Shown: positions 8,965 through 18,409 of the stretch, piece by piece | How the letters are laid out: each line of letters starts with the position of its first letter | Numbering within the stretch: the first letter of the stretch is position 1 | Assembly: GCA_964589445.1 (NCBI GenBank) | Contig: CAZPQX010000001.1 | Coordinates: 110,098 to 174,097 of the forward strand | Source: an uncultured Candidatus Saccharibacteria bacterium | GTDB taxonomy: Bacteria > Patescibacteriota > Minisyncoccia > Phycocordibacterales > WO2-35-19 | Direction: 5' to 3' | DNA: 64,000 nt | The notes under the pieces: model-generated | The model's input: only the letters and a program-made list of their open reading frames with translations | Database searches by the model: none | Told to the model about the DNA's origin: nothing | Made by a program: the position numbers and the translations under genes

Positions 8965-10032
8965 ATGCAATACAACGTAAAATCAAAAAAACTTCCTAAT
9001 TCGGAAGTTGAAATAGAGGTTAGTTTACCAGCTGAGGAGCTTGAAAAAGCCAGGAAAACAGCCATAAAAGAATTATCAGAAACCATGGAGATAGATGGCT
9101 TCAGGAAAGGCCATGTACCAGAAAATGTGGTACTCGAAAGAGCTGGAGAAGACCTTTTGCTCGAGAGAGCCGCTGATGTAGTACTCCAAAAACACTTCCA
9201 ATCAATAGTACTACAGGAGAAGTTTGATACCTTAGGTCACCCAGAAGTTTCTGTGACCAAACTTGCTCTTGGTAACCCTTTTGAATTTAAGGCAAAGTTT
9301 GCCGTGATGCCAGAGTTTGAGCTCCCCGACTACAAAAAAATAGCCAAGAAAATAAGAGAAGAAAACAAAAAAGAAGATAAGGAGTTTGAGGCAACCGAAA
9401 AAGAAGTTGATGATGTGCTTTTGCAAATAAGAAAGAACAAAGCTCACATCGAATGGCACAAAAACAACCCAGAAGCAGATCATCACGACCATGGAGATTT
9501 GGAAAATCCAGAGAGCCTCCCCGAGCTTACCGACGAGCTTGCAAAAGAAGCTGGTAATTTCAAAGATGTCGAGGAGCTTAAGGCAAAAATAAAAGAAAAT
9601 ATTATTTCAGAAAAAAAGCAGCGCGAAGCAGACAAGACAAGAGCTAAGATGATGGAGGCGATACTCAAAGACACTAAGATAGAGCTTCCAGAGGTACTTG
9701 TCGAAGCCGAGATAAACAAATCGATCGCACAGCTCAAAGACGATGTCGCAAGGATGGGCGGCAGTTGGGAAGATTATCTTTCACATACCAAAAAGACAGA
9801 GGATGACTTAAGGAAGGATATGCGCAACTCTTCTGCAGAAAGAGCCAAGATACAGCTCATATTCAACAAGATAGCTATAGCCGAAAAAATTGAACCGAAT
9901 GAGGAGATAATGGAGCAGGAAGTGAAGGTAATAAAAGAGCATTATAAAGATGCTTCAGAGCAAAGCGCTCGCATCTATGTGGCTACTATCCTCATCAATC
10001 AAGCAGTTTTGAAACTTTTGGAGAGCCAGTAG
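8965..10032 (+). CDS. tig: Trigger factor
   Basis: MQYNVKSKKLPNSEVEIEVSLPAEELEKARK... fits the trigger factor N-terminal domain, then PPIase-like and C-terminal domains; the ORF-table start at 8929 is probably a 12-codon over-extension. Confidence 0.8.
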   Translation: MQYNVKSKKLPNSEVEIEVSLPAEELEKARKTAIKELSETMEIDGFRKGHVPENVVLERAGEDLLLERAADVVLQKHFQSIVLQEKFDTLGHPEVSVTKLALGNPFEFKAKFAVMPEFELPDYKKIAKKIREENKKEDKEFEATEKEVDDVLLQIRKNKAHIEWHKNNPEADHHDHGDLENPESLPELTDELAKEAGNFKDVEELKAKIKENIISEKKQREADKTRAKMMEAILKDTKIELPEVLVEAEINKSIAQLKDDVARMGGSWEDYLSHTKKTEDDLRKDMRNSSAERAKIQLIFNKIAIAEKIEPNEEIMEQEVKVIKEHYKDASEQSARIYVATILINQAVLKLLESQ

Positions 10033-10050
10033 AAGAATTTAATCAAAAAA

Positions 10051-10124
10051 CCTGAAACAAAATTCTGACTCCTCCTCCCTAAAGGGTTCCCTTGGGAGTC
10101 AAAATTTTGCTTCAGGTTTTTTTT
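10051..10124 (+). repeat. Type-B palindromic element copy (22-bp arms around tcctccctaaagggttccc) plus T-run; acts as the tig terminator
   Basis: cctgaaacaaaattctgactcc ... ggagtcaaaattttgcttcagg tttttttt; the same element occurs twice in-frame inside fmt (56193-56240, 56411-56460). Confidence 0.55.
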
Positions 10125-10304
10125 GGAGCTTCTGGAGAGTGGATAGAACAGATAAGTAAAAAGTAAAAATAGAATAAAAAAGGTGAAAAGTTATTGAGCG
10201 TGCCTTGCGGAGGCTGACTGAGCCGAGCAGAGCAAAAAACCAGCAGGTTTTTATGCGTGCTAAGCGAAATAAGCTTTTCACCTTTTTTATTAGGACCAAA
10301 TAAA

Positions 10305-10997
10305 CTACAAAAACTTAGAGAGAGCAACAATAGCTGCTGTCTCGGCGCGGAGAGTGAGTTTGCCTAGAGAATAAACTTGAGCACCGGCGTTTTTAAATTG
10401 CCCTATCTCCCCTTCCGACCAGCCGCCTTCGGGACCGATAAAAATAGATAATGGTTGAGAGTCAGCAGTAACAAGTGAGGAATCAAAATAAACGCCAGAA
10501 GAATCAAAAAACACAATATTTTTTGCCGTCTCCAATGCCTCATTTAAGCTCAAAATACTTCCGATCTCGGGGACATCGGCCCTACCGCACTGCTCGCTTG
10601 CTTCGATTATTATCTTTTCAAGTCTTTCTATATTTAAATCTTTCTTTTCACTTCTCTCTGAAAGCACTGGCACTATCTTGGAAACCCCGAGCTCAGTCGC
10701 TTTCTCGGCAATCCACTCCATTTTATCTTTTTTGACGAGCGACTGGTAAAGAGTAATTTTTTTCTCGGGAATAACCCCTTCTCTTTTTGAAATAACAGAC
10801 ACCTCGGCTTCCCTATTTGTCATTCTTTCCAAAACACAATCAAACTCATTTCGAGAGCCATCGAAGAGCACCACTTGCGAGCCGACATTGTATCTAAAAA
10901 CATTTCTCCATTGGTGAATAAGCCTTTCATCTGAAATGCAAAATTTGTCTCCCACAACCCTCTCTTTAATGAAAAATCTATGAAGCCTCATAATCAT
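10305..10997 (-). CDS. rsmE: 16S rRNA (uracil1498-N3)-methyltransferase RsmE
   Basis: PUA-like N-terminus, C-terminal SPOUT fold with FIGPEGGWSEGE motif. Confidence 0.8.
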   Translation of the reverse strand: MIMRLHRFFIKERVVGDKFCISDERLIHQWRNVFRYNVGSQVVLFDGSRNEFDCVLERMTNREAEVSVISKREGVIPEKKITLYQSLVKKDKMEWIAEKATELGVSKIVPVLSERSEKKDLNIERLEKIIIEASEQCGRADVPEIGSILSLNEALETAKNIVFFDSSGVYFDSSLVTADSQPLSIFIGPEGGWSEGEIGQFKNAGAQVYSLGKLTLRAETAAIVALSKFL

Positions 10998-11030
10998 ATT
11001 TTCAAATAAAATAAATAAAAAGTAAATATA

Positions 11031-11384
11031 TTGACAAATACAATATATTTATGTAAAATAAAAAATAGAATGACTATCAACTTCACAATCAAAACCCGCC
11101 AAGGGATGGACTACTCCTTGGAATTTTCATCCGAGATTATTCCCACTGTAGGGAGCACTGTATGTTTCGGATGCGACACCGAGGGAGGCCCCAACGGATA
11201 CTACTTCAGGGTAGAAGAGGTCATATACTACCCCCTTAAGAGAGGCTCCCTAGCTTCCCTTAATCAGGGTAGTATGGCTATACAGGTAATACTCGAAAAC
11301 AATCATCAGAACCTGGGGAAACTTATCAGTCCAAAGAACTTACTCAACCCCGGAAAATGGGAGAAGAGACCTAGGGTGGCCTGA
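11031..11384 (+). CDS. Hypothetical protein (start may be 11070, MTINF...)
   Basis: ORF with upstream TTGACA-17-TAAAAT promoter-like sequence (11030-11059) and a clean terminator; no family recognised. Confidence 0.4.
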   Translation: MTNTIYLCKIKNRMTINFTIKTRQGMDYSLEFSSEIIPTVGSTVCFGCDTEGGPNGYYFRVEEVIYYPLKRGSLASLNQGSMAIQVILENNHQNLGKLISPKNLLNPGKWEKRPRVA

Positions 11385-11411
11385 TACGGTATTATCCTGT
11401 AATGATACCAA

Positions 11412-11441
11412 GGCCGGCGAGCAGTCGCCGGCCTTTTTTAT
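11412..11441 (+). terminator. Rho-independent terminator
   Basis: ggccggcgagcagtcgccggcc followed by tttttta. Confidence 0.6.
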
Positions 11442-11502
11442 TTTGCAAAATATGCTATAATTATATGGTAAAAGCTTATCAAAAATTAATAAAAATACAC
11501 AT

Positions 11503-12078
11503 ATGAGCATACTTGTACCCACAGTTATAGAAAAAACACACCAAGGTGAGCGAGCTTACGATATTTACTCTCGCCTACTCAAAGAAAGGATAATATTCCT
11601 AGGCGGCCCAATAGAAGACAATATGGCCAACCTCATAGTTGCCCAGCTTCTATTTTTGCAAGCAGAAGATGCAAAGAAAGATATTTCTATCTATGTAAAT
11701 AGTCCCGGCGGCTCAGTCTCTTCTACTCTTGCGATTATAGATGCTATGAACCATATAAAGCCTGATGTTTCTACTGTTTGCGTTGGTATTGCAGCATCAG
11801 GTGCCGCACTCGTACTTTCTGCGGGAGCTAAAGGTAAAAGGTTTATACTTCCAAATGCAGAGGTTATGATCCACCAGCCACTTGGCGGTGCAGAAGGTCA
11901 AGCTACTGATATCGCCATCACAGCAAAACACATACTCAAAACAAAAGACTCACTAAACAAAATGTTGGCTGCCAATACAGGCCAGCCCCTCTCCAAGATA
12001 GAAACAGATGTGGAAAGAGACTTCTTTATGGATAGCCAAGAGGCCAAAAAGTACGGGATAATAGACAAAATAATCTAA
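11503..12078 (+). CDS. clpP: ATP-dependent Clp protease proteolytic subunit
   Basis: ...[26 protein letters not shown]...[19 protein letters not shown]...MIHQPLGG; catalytic Ser/His context conserved. Confidence 0.9.
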   Translation: MSILVPTVIEKTHQGERAYDIYSRLLKERIIFLGGPIEDNMANLIVAQLLFLQAEDAKKDISIYVNSPGGSVSSTLAIIDAMNHIKPDVSTVCVGIAASGAALVLSAGAKGKRFILPNAEVMIHQPLGGAEGQATDIAITAKHILKTKDSLNKMLAANTGQPLSKIETDVERDFFMDSQEAKKYGIIDKII

Positions 12079-12221
12079 AATACACACAAAAATAGATGCA
12101 AAAAGGCTGCCAAAGGGCGGCTTTTTTGTATTTGCCCTTCTTCAAGAAGTTTTGTATAATGCTTTCATTAACATTTAATAAATAGTATTTACAGTGACGA
12201 CAGATACTTACAACGAAACAT

Positions 12222-13751
12222 ATGTCATTAAAATTAGCGATACTGCTTGCAGGCTTCGCTTCTTTGATTGGTGTGGCATTCGGTTACTTCCTAAGGTGGA
12301 TAATATCACTCGGGCAGAAGGGATCGATGGAGCTCCGCATAAAGCAGATGGAGCTTCACGCCAAAGAAGAAGCTAAAAAAATAATCGAAGAGGCAGAAAA
12401 AAGGGCTGAAGAAACAGCCAAAGAACAGAGACAAGAATTCAAGGAGAGAGAAGAAAAAATAAAGAAAACAGAAGATAGACTGATAAAAAAAGAGGAGTTT
12501 CTAGACAAAAGACAAGTCGATATAGATAAAGAAATCGAGCAAGTCAAAGAAAGAGTAGTAGAAGTAAAGGCAATAAAAGAAAAGGCCGAAACAATCGAAA
12601 AAAAGAGAGCTGAAGAGCTTGAAAGAGTGGCTGGTATGAGCCAGGAAGACGCCAAAAACCTTTTGCTCAAAGAGGTGGAGAAAAAGTGTGAGGAAGATTT
12701 GATAGTAAAACTAAAGAAACTCGAAACTACTGGTATAGAAAAAATAGAGTCAAAGGCAAAAGAAATACTTACTACTTCTATCCAAAGGTTCGCCAATTCT
12801 GTTTCAGCAGAAGTGTTTTCAACTACAGTTGCTATCCCCTCTGATGAGATAAAGGGTAAAATCATAGGAAAAGAAGGTAGGAACATAAAAGCGTTTGAGA
12901 GAGTTTCTGGTGTTGAAGTGATAGTGGATGACACCCCAGGTCTTATCACCATATCTTCTTATGACCCGGTGAGGAGGCAGATAGCGAGAGTGGCGCTCGA
13001 AAACCTTATCCAAGACGGCAGGATCCAACCGGCAAAGATCGAAGAAATGGTTGATAAGGCAAAGCAAGAGATAAATAAAATAATGAAAGAGAAGGGTGAG
13101 CAGGCTGTTTATGAGTGCGGCGTATTCAACCTCGACCCAAGGATCATCGCCATCCTCGGCAGACTATACTTCAGGACTTCGTATGGTCAAAATGTCCTCC
13201 AGCACTCAGTTGAGATGGCACATGTAGCCGGTATGATAGCCACCGAAGTCGGAGCAAATGTCGCCATTGCAAAAGCCGGCGCCCTCCTCCACGACATAGG
13301 CAAAGCAGTCGACCATGAAATCACAGGTACTCATGTAGAAATAGGAAGGAGGATACTCCAAAAATTTGGCGCTGACGAAAGGATCATACGCGCTATGGAA
13401 GCTCACCACGGTGAATACCCTTACACCACTCTCGAGTCTTATATCGTACAGACTGCCGACGCAATATCAGGAGCAAGACCTGGAGCTAGAAGAGACAGTG
13501 TAGAAAACTACCTCAAGAGGCTTGCAGAGCTCGAAGGTATTGCTACTTCTTTCAACGGAGTAGATAAGGCTTATGCATTACAAGCCGGAAGAGAAGTAAG
13601 AGTGTTTGTCACCCCTTCACAAGTAACCGACCTAGAAGCCAAAAACATGGCTCGAGACATAGCTATAAGGATAGAAAACGAACTCAAATATCCAGGAGAA
13701 ATCAAAATACTCGTCATCCGCGAATCCCGCACAATCGAATTTGCGAGGTAA
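12222..13751 (+). CDS. rny: Ribonuclease Y
   Basis: N-terminal TM helix, long Glu/Lys coiled coil, KH domain (IGKEGRNIKAFE) and HD domain (LLHDIGKAVDHE). Confidence 0.9.
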   Translation: MSLKLAILLAGFASLIGVAFGYFLRWIISLGQKGSMELRIKQMELHAKEEAKKIIEEAEKRAEETAKEQRQEFKEREEKIKKTEDRLIKKEEFLDKRQVDIDKEIEQVKERVVEVKAIKEKAETIEKKRAEELERVAGMSQEDAKNLLLKEVEKKCEEDLIVKLKKLETTGIEKIESKAKEILTTSIQRFANSVSAEVFSTTVAIPSDEIKGKIIGKEGRNIKAFERVSGVEVIVDDTPGLITISSYDPVRRQIARVALENLIQDGRIQPAKIEEMVDKAKQEINKIMKEKGEQAVYECGVFNLDPRIIAILGRLYFRTSYGQNVLQHSVEMAHVAGMIATEVGANVAIAKAGALLHDIGKAVDHEITGTHVEIGRRILQKFGADERIIRAMEAHHGEYPYTTLESYIVQTADAISGARPGARRDSVENYLKRLAELEGIATSFNGVDKAYALQAGREVRVFVTPSQVTDLEAKNMARDIAIRIENELKYPGEIKILVIRESRTIEFAR

Positions 13752-13790
13752 ATCACACTTCTAAAAATTTCCATTTTTCATCATGATATA

Positions 13791-13997
13791 ATGAAGTTTA
13801 TGGTAAGGTTATCTGAAGTACAGATAGAAAAAACTTCTTCTTACTTGATTGATTTATCCAAACTCTTATTTGGTGCAACTGTTGTTCCAGTTTTTGTTCC
13901 AGGAAGTATTTTTAATGTTTGGTTTTTTATAGCTGGAGCAGGTGTAGCAGTATTCTTTTTTGGTTTCGGATTGTCACTAACAAAACAAAAAATATGA
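13791..13997 (+). CDS. Small hydrophobic protein (68 aa, about 2 TM), apparently leaderless
   Basis: TGATATAAT extended -10 ends 1-2 nt before the ATG; Gly/Phe-rich TM segment FFIAGAGVAVFFFGFGLSL. Confidence 0.4.
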   Translation: MKFMVRLSEVQIEKTSSYLIDLSKLLFGATVVPVFVPGSIFNVWFFIAGAGVAVFFFGFGLSLTKQKI

Positions 13998-14089
13998 GTC
14001 CCTCAGAATATTTACAAATTTTCTTTATTATTATGGGAATTTTTGGTATAATAATATACGTTATAGCAAAGAATAGTAGGCAAAAATAA
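13994..14089 (+). CDS. Small hydrophobic peptide (31 aa, MSPSEYLQIFFIIMGIFGIIIYVIAKNSRQK)
   Basis: ATGA start/stop overlap with the preceding ORF; single TM helix; one of three tandem paralogous peptides too short for the ORF track. Confidence 0.3.
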   Translation: MSPSEYLQIFFIIMGIFGIIIYVIAKNSRQK

Positions 14090-14090
14090 T

Positions 14091-14189
14091 ATGACAAATA
14101 TAATATTAAACATATTGACTGTGGCAGTGATATCAACAATGGCTTACTTGCTTTTCTTCTACCACCCAGAAAAAGAAGGTGGTAAATAA
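14091..14189 (+). CDS. Small hydrophobic peptide (32 aa, MTNIILNILTVAVISTMAYLLFFYHPEKEGGK)
   Basis: Starts 1 nt after the previous stop; paralogous to the next peptide. Confidence 0.3.
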   Translation: MTNIILNILTVAVISTMAYLLFFYHPEKEGGK

Positions 14190-14190
14190 T

Positions 14191-14292
14191 ATGGACAACA
14201 TACTCTTAAATATCTTCTCTGCGACAGTCGTCGCTATAATGGTTTATTTAGCCTTTTTCGACAATTCCGAAAAATGTCGTAACCACAAATAA
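14191..14292 (+). CDS. Small hydrophobic peptide (33 aa, MDNILLNIFSATVVAIMVYLAFFDNSEKCRNHK)
   Basis: Starts 1 nt after the previous stop; shares the N(I/L)LLNI...V..(M/I)(A/V)YL.FF pattern with the 14091 peptide. Confidence 0.3.
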   Translation: MDNILLNIFSATVVAIMVYLAFFDNSEKCRNHK

Positions 14293-14296
14293 TACT

Positions 14297-15697
14297 CTAT
14301 ACCAATTTATATTCCTTGTTTGGCTCAGGATATATTGATTCGACACCTACATAGTCGTGGAGTCGCTGGCAAAGGAAGAGTGAGGAGTGCGGCTCGCCCA
14401 TTATTACAAAAACTTTTTTAAGTTTGGTTTCTGAAGATTTATTTACTATTTGATCTACAAAATCAACCAAGTTGTCAGAATCTTTGTGCGAGGAATACCC
14501 CGATATCTTTTTTATTTTGGCTCTTACTTCTATCCTCTCTTTGCCGTTTTCTTTATTACCATCAGCTTCAATAAATACATGACTCTCCCCCTCTTCGAGC
14601 CTCTTGCCCAAAGACCCACTCGACTGATAACCAGCAAGCAAAATAGTAGAATTGGGGTCGCCAAGATAAAAGGCTTCGTGACTCAGCACCCTTCCACCCT
14701 CTGACATACCAGAGCCGGCTATGATTATTTTAGGGCCTTCTGTCTTTTTTATAGCGTCCGACTCTCTTATGTTTGAAATAAGTTTCAAACCTTTAAATTC
14801 AAAAATATCATCACCACCCTCTATTTCACTTTTTATAGAATCATTAAAATCTTTATTGTATTTTGAATATATTTTTAATACCTTGAGTCCTAGGGGTGAA
14901 TCAAGGAAAACAGGTAAAGGGGTGACTTCTCCATCTTCTATCATGTTATTTATCTCATAAAGCAAAACTTCCGTCCTCTCTATCGAAAATGCAGGGATGA
15001 CAAGTGCCCCTCCCCTTTTTTGAATATCAATTATAGCTTCTTTGAGCTCCTCCCTTCTATTTTCTCTGCCCTCATGATTCCTATCTCCATACACACTCTC
15101 CATAACCATATAATCTATATTCTCGGGTATTTCAGTATCTTTAAGCAAAGGAGAAGGTGAGTTGCCAAGGTCCCCAGTAAAAGCAAGTCTCCTAACACCT
15201 TCTTTTGTTTCTAAAGAAACCACGACAATAGATGATCCGAGTATATGCCCAGCATCAACCATCTCTACCTCTACCCCATCAAAAAGTTTTATTTTCTTGT
15301 GATAATCAAAACCTTCCCAAAGTGCAAAACTGTTTTCTATATCTTGCTTACCGAAGAGTTCTTTATGATGACGCTGCTTCAAGACCCTCATTTCGTCCTC
15401 AAGCATAGGCAAAGAAAGCTCTTTTGTTTCTTTTGTAGAAATTATCCTTCCGTTAAATCCCTCCCTTACTAGCTTTGGTATGCGGCCAATATGATCCATG
15501 TGAGCATGAGTGACCAGAAGAAAGTCTATAGAAGCAGGATCGTAAACAAAGTTTTTAAAATTTTCTTCCTCCTCTTTTCTGCCCCCTTGTTTCAGGCCGG
15601 CATCTACAAGTATTTTTTTTCCTCTAAACTCGAGGCAAATATTTGCCCCTGTAGCCGAACCTACCCCACCATAAAAACTTAAATTAAAATCTTCCAT
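14297..15697 (-). CDS. MBL-fold metallo-hydrolase with beta-CASP/RNA-specificity domain (RNase J/CPSF-like)
   Basis: Metallo-beta-lactamase motifs incl. LLVTHAHMDHIG (HxHxDH) and a C-terminal beta-CASP-like region; 466 aa. Confidence 0.65.
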   Translation of the reverse strand: MEDFNLSFYGGVGSATGANICLEFRGKKILVDAGLKQGGRKEEEENFKNFVYDPASIDFLLVTHAHMDHIGRIPKLVREGFNGRIISTKETKELSLPMLEDEMRVLKQRHHKELFGKQDIENSFALWEGFDYHKKIKLFDGVEVEMVDAGHILGSSIVVVSLETKEGVRRLAFTGDLGNSPSPLLKDTEIPENIDYMVMESVYGDRNHEGRENRREELKEAIIDIQKRGGALVIPAFSIERTEVLLYEINNMIEDGEVTPLPVFLDSPLGLKVLKIYSKYNKDFNDSIKSEIEGGDDIFEFKGLKLISNIRESDAIKKTEGPKIIIAGSGMSEGGRVLSHEAFYLGDPNSTILLAGYQSSGSLGKRLEEGESHVFIEADGNKENGKERIEVRAKIKKISGYSSHKDSDNLVDFVDQIVNKSSETKLKKVFVIMGEPHSSLFLCQRLHDYVGVESIYPEPNKEYKLV

Positions 15698-16205
15698 CTG
15701 CTATTTTAGTTAACTCTTTTTTAATGGAGTCAATTTCTTTTATAAACCCATACATACATGCAGTGAGACCCCCCAAAGAGTCCATTATGAAATCAAGGGT
15801 TGTGTCATACGCATAATTGTCTCCAGCAAAAACAGCTTCTCCTATCAAAAGCTCATAAATCTCCCAAGACACAGCTATAAATGCCATACCCACAAAAGAA
15901 ATAAAGAAAAATTGTTTGAATCCTCTTTTTTCTGGTTTGAAGTATCCTGAAAAAAAGTAAAACCATATAAAAAACAGACCAGCAAAAGCTCCGCCAAAAA
16001 AATGTACCAGGCTATCAAACTCATTTACGCTCCAATAAAGACTTCTATCTATGGCTATTTCATTTAATAAAAAAGTACAAAAAAGTACAAAAAATGTTTC
16101 GAAAAAAAGTGTGGTTTTTAACATCAAAATAATTTTAACACAAAATCCGTCTTGCGACGGAATCTTGTGTAGGACCACCAGAGTATAATTCCTAATTGCT
16201 TGCAA
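15684..16205 (-). CDS. Hypothetical polytopic membrane protein
   Basis: 4-5 predicted TM helices; overlaps the MBL gene by 14 nt. Confidence 0.4.
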   Translation of the reverse strand: MQAIRNYTLVVLHKIPSQDGFCVKIILMLKTTLFFETFFVLFCTFLLNEIAIDRSLYWSVNEFDSLVHFFGGAFAGLFFIWFYFFSGYFKPEKRGFKQFFFISFVGMAFIAVSWEIYELLIGEAVFAGDNYAYDTTLDFIMDSLGGLTACMYGFIKEIDSIKKELTKIADGRF

Positions 16206-16357
16206 TCAGGTGGGTGGCCTCGACTCTATCCCGTAATGGTTTAGAGAAAGTTAGCCTCCCAAAATATTTTCAAGTTAGAAAATATATCCAGCAGTCCTGT
16301 ACTTATTATAGTAAAGTACCAGAAGTTATGAAGTTTACAAGCACGTTTAAGTGTTTC

Positions 16358-16960
16358 TTATTCTAAGATACCGTCTAGGTTTACATCATACATTATTTGC
16401 TCCTGTACAAGACGGTAATTCATAAGCTCATTTTCATCAAACCAGTGTTTTATCTCGTTGTTTGCCTCATCTACCGAACCTGAAGCGTGTACTAAGTTTC
16501 TAACCGATCTATTGTCCATGTCTGACATTTGGTAAGAATCAAGCACAAAGTCACCCCTGATAGTACCTGTATCGGTAGAAAGAGGCTCTGTACCTCCTGT
16601 TATTTTTCTTACGATTTTGACAGCGTGAGCCCCTTGCCAAACCATGGCAAATACTGGGCCACTAGTCATATATTTCTTTAGATTCTCCAGGATCCTTGCT
16701 GTGATCTCAAGAGGGTCGTTTGAAGGCGGCTCCATGCCCTTATCTTTATAGCTCTTTATTGTTTTCTCTCCTGTCACTCTCCTCCATTCTGGATCAAGAG
16801 TATAGTGCTTTTCTATAAAATCAGCAGTGGGTACAAGCATTTTTACACCCACGAGTTTCAAACCAACTCTTTCGTATCTTTTTATTATCTCGCCTACGAG
16901 AGACCTCTGGATACCGTCTGGCTTTATAACAACTAAAGTTTTTTCTGTTTTTGGATGCAT
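16358..16960 (-). CDS. ndk: Nucleoside diphosphate kinase (long form with insertion)
   Basis: TLVVIKPDGIQRSLVGEIIKRYE... and NLVHASGS active-site His context. Confidence 0.8.
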   Translation of the reverse strand: MHPKTEKTLVVIKPDGIQRSLVGEIIKRYERVGLKLVGVKMLVPTADFIEKHYTLDPEWRRVTGEKTIKSYKDKGMEPPSNDPLEITARILENLKKYMTSGPVFAMVWQGAHAVKIVRKITGGTEPLSTDTGTIRGDFVLDSYQMSDMDNRSVRNLVHASGSVDEANNEIKHWFDENELMNYRLVQEQIMYDVNLDGILE

Positions 16961-17016
16961 GTTAAAAAATTAATTTAATATTAATAAAATTTAATCCTAT
17001 TAAATTAGATGTCAAA

Positions 17017-17781
17017 CTAAATCTTGGTCAATACCTCGATACCATCTTTGGTCACAGCCACTGTGTGCTCGAAGTGTGCAGAAAGAGACTTGTCTTTGGT
17101 GACAAAAGTATAACCATCTTTCATACGTTTAATATTGCGACTACCCAAACTAAACATAGGCTCTATAGCTATCACAAGTCCCGGCACAAGTTCAGGACCT
17201 TCGCCTCTCTCAGCTCTATTTGGCACATATGGCTCCTCATGCACATCGTACCCTACACCATGGCCCGAAAGTCCCTCTATAATCCCCATGTCGTGTTTTA
17301 CAGCTGCCTGCATCACAGCGTCCCCTATGTCGCCTATATGCCCACCCACCCTCATGGCTCTTATAGCCCTATCAAGAGCGTCACTTGTAGCGCTTATAAG
17401 TTTTTCCGCTTCTTCACTTATTTTTCCTACTGGCACAGTGATGGCTGCATCGGTGATAAGACCTTTATAGGTGACCCCGAGGTCGAGTGTGACTATGTCG
17501 CCTTCAAAAAGCATATTTTCACTCGGTATACCATGTACAATTTCTTCGTTTATAGAAACACAGAGAGAGGCAGGGTAAGGCCTCTTGGCATCGTATGGTT
17601 GGTAGCCAAGGAAAGAGCCTGTGCAACCTGCTTCATCCAAAAGATGCTCAGCATAATCATTGAGTTCTTGTGTCTTGACTCCAGGGGCAACTTTTTTAGC
17701 TACTTCTTTAAGTATTTTGGCATGAATCCTGCCACCCTCTTTCATTATTTCGATCTCCTCGTCTGTCTTGTATTTGATCAT
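17017..17781 (-). CDS. map: Methionine aminopeptidase type I
   Basis: Pita-bread fold metal ligands (D..D...H...E...E) in a 254-aa protein at the classic position after adk. Confidence 0.9.
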   Translation of the reverse strand: MIKYKTDEEIEIMKEGGRIHAKILKEVAKKVAPGVKTQELNDYAEHLLDEAGCTGSFLGYQPYDAKRPYPASLCVSINEEIVHGIPSENMLFEGDIVTLDLGVTYKGLITDAAITVPVGKISEEAEKLISATSDALDRAIRAMRVGGHIGDIGDAVMQAAVKHDMGIIEGLSGHGVGYDVHEEPYVPNRAERGEGPELVPGLVIAIEPMFSLGSRNIKRMKDGYTFVTKDKSLSAHFEHTVAVTKDGIEVLTKI

Positions 17782-17798
17782 TATCTAATTATAGGATT

Positions 17799-18392
17799 TT
17801 ATTCACCGATTGTCGCTTGTAGAATTTGCTTGTGCACGTCTTCTATTGCACCAGAACCGTCTATAGAAATAAATTTATAGTTTGGATTGTCTCTAAAGTA
17901 ATTTATAGCAGGGACCACATTTTCCTTGTACCACTTAAGGCGCGCCTCTATGTCTATCTTGTTGTCATCGCTCCTTCCTCTATTCCTGAGCCTCTCTGAA
18001 GCTACCTCATCAGACAACTCTATGGAAATAACGACAGGTTTTTTTCTACCATAAAACTTCATAGCTGAATCGAGTATAGGAGCCTCATGAGCCCTTCTTG
18101 AAAGACCGTCTAGCACTATATGCTCATTTCCTGAAACATGCCTTACGAAGTATTCTGTCCAAATCCATATAGGCAAAAATTCTGGGAGCAAGCCTCCTTC
18201 ATCTATAATCCTTTTTGTCTCGTGAGCAGTAAAGGAAGATTCGGTAGTAAAGTCTCTAAACTTCTGCCCTGTCTCTATGTAGAGGACTTTGGTCGCTCTG
18301 TCCCTCTCCTTCAATTTTTCTATGAGCATCTTGGCCTGAGTACCTTTACCGCATCCTGATGGTCCAAAAAATATGAAGGTTTGTTTGTCCAT
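17799..18392 (-). CDS. adk: Adenylate kinase
   Basis: P-loop GPSGCGKGTQAKML; located between secY and map as in canonical spc operons. Confidence 0.75.
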   Translation of the reverse strand: MDKQTFIFFGPSGCGKGTQAKMLIEKLKERDRATKVLYIETGQKFRDFTTESSFTAHETKRIIDEGGLLPEFLPIWIWTEYFVRHVSGNEHIVLDGLSRRAHEAPILDSAMKFYGRKKPVVISIELSDEVASERLRNRGRSDDNKIDIEARLKWYKENVVPAINYFRDNPNYKFISIDGSGAIEDVHKQILQATIGE

Positions 18393-18409
18393 TTTTATAT
18401 TATTTTATT

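Noticed and set aside
10099-10330. Two small minus-strand ORFs (66 and 72 aa) in the tig-rsmE spacer
   Set aside because: They overlap the palindromic element and the long nested hairpin; hydrophobic low-complexity translations of structured non-coding DNA.
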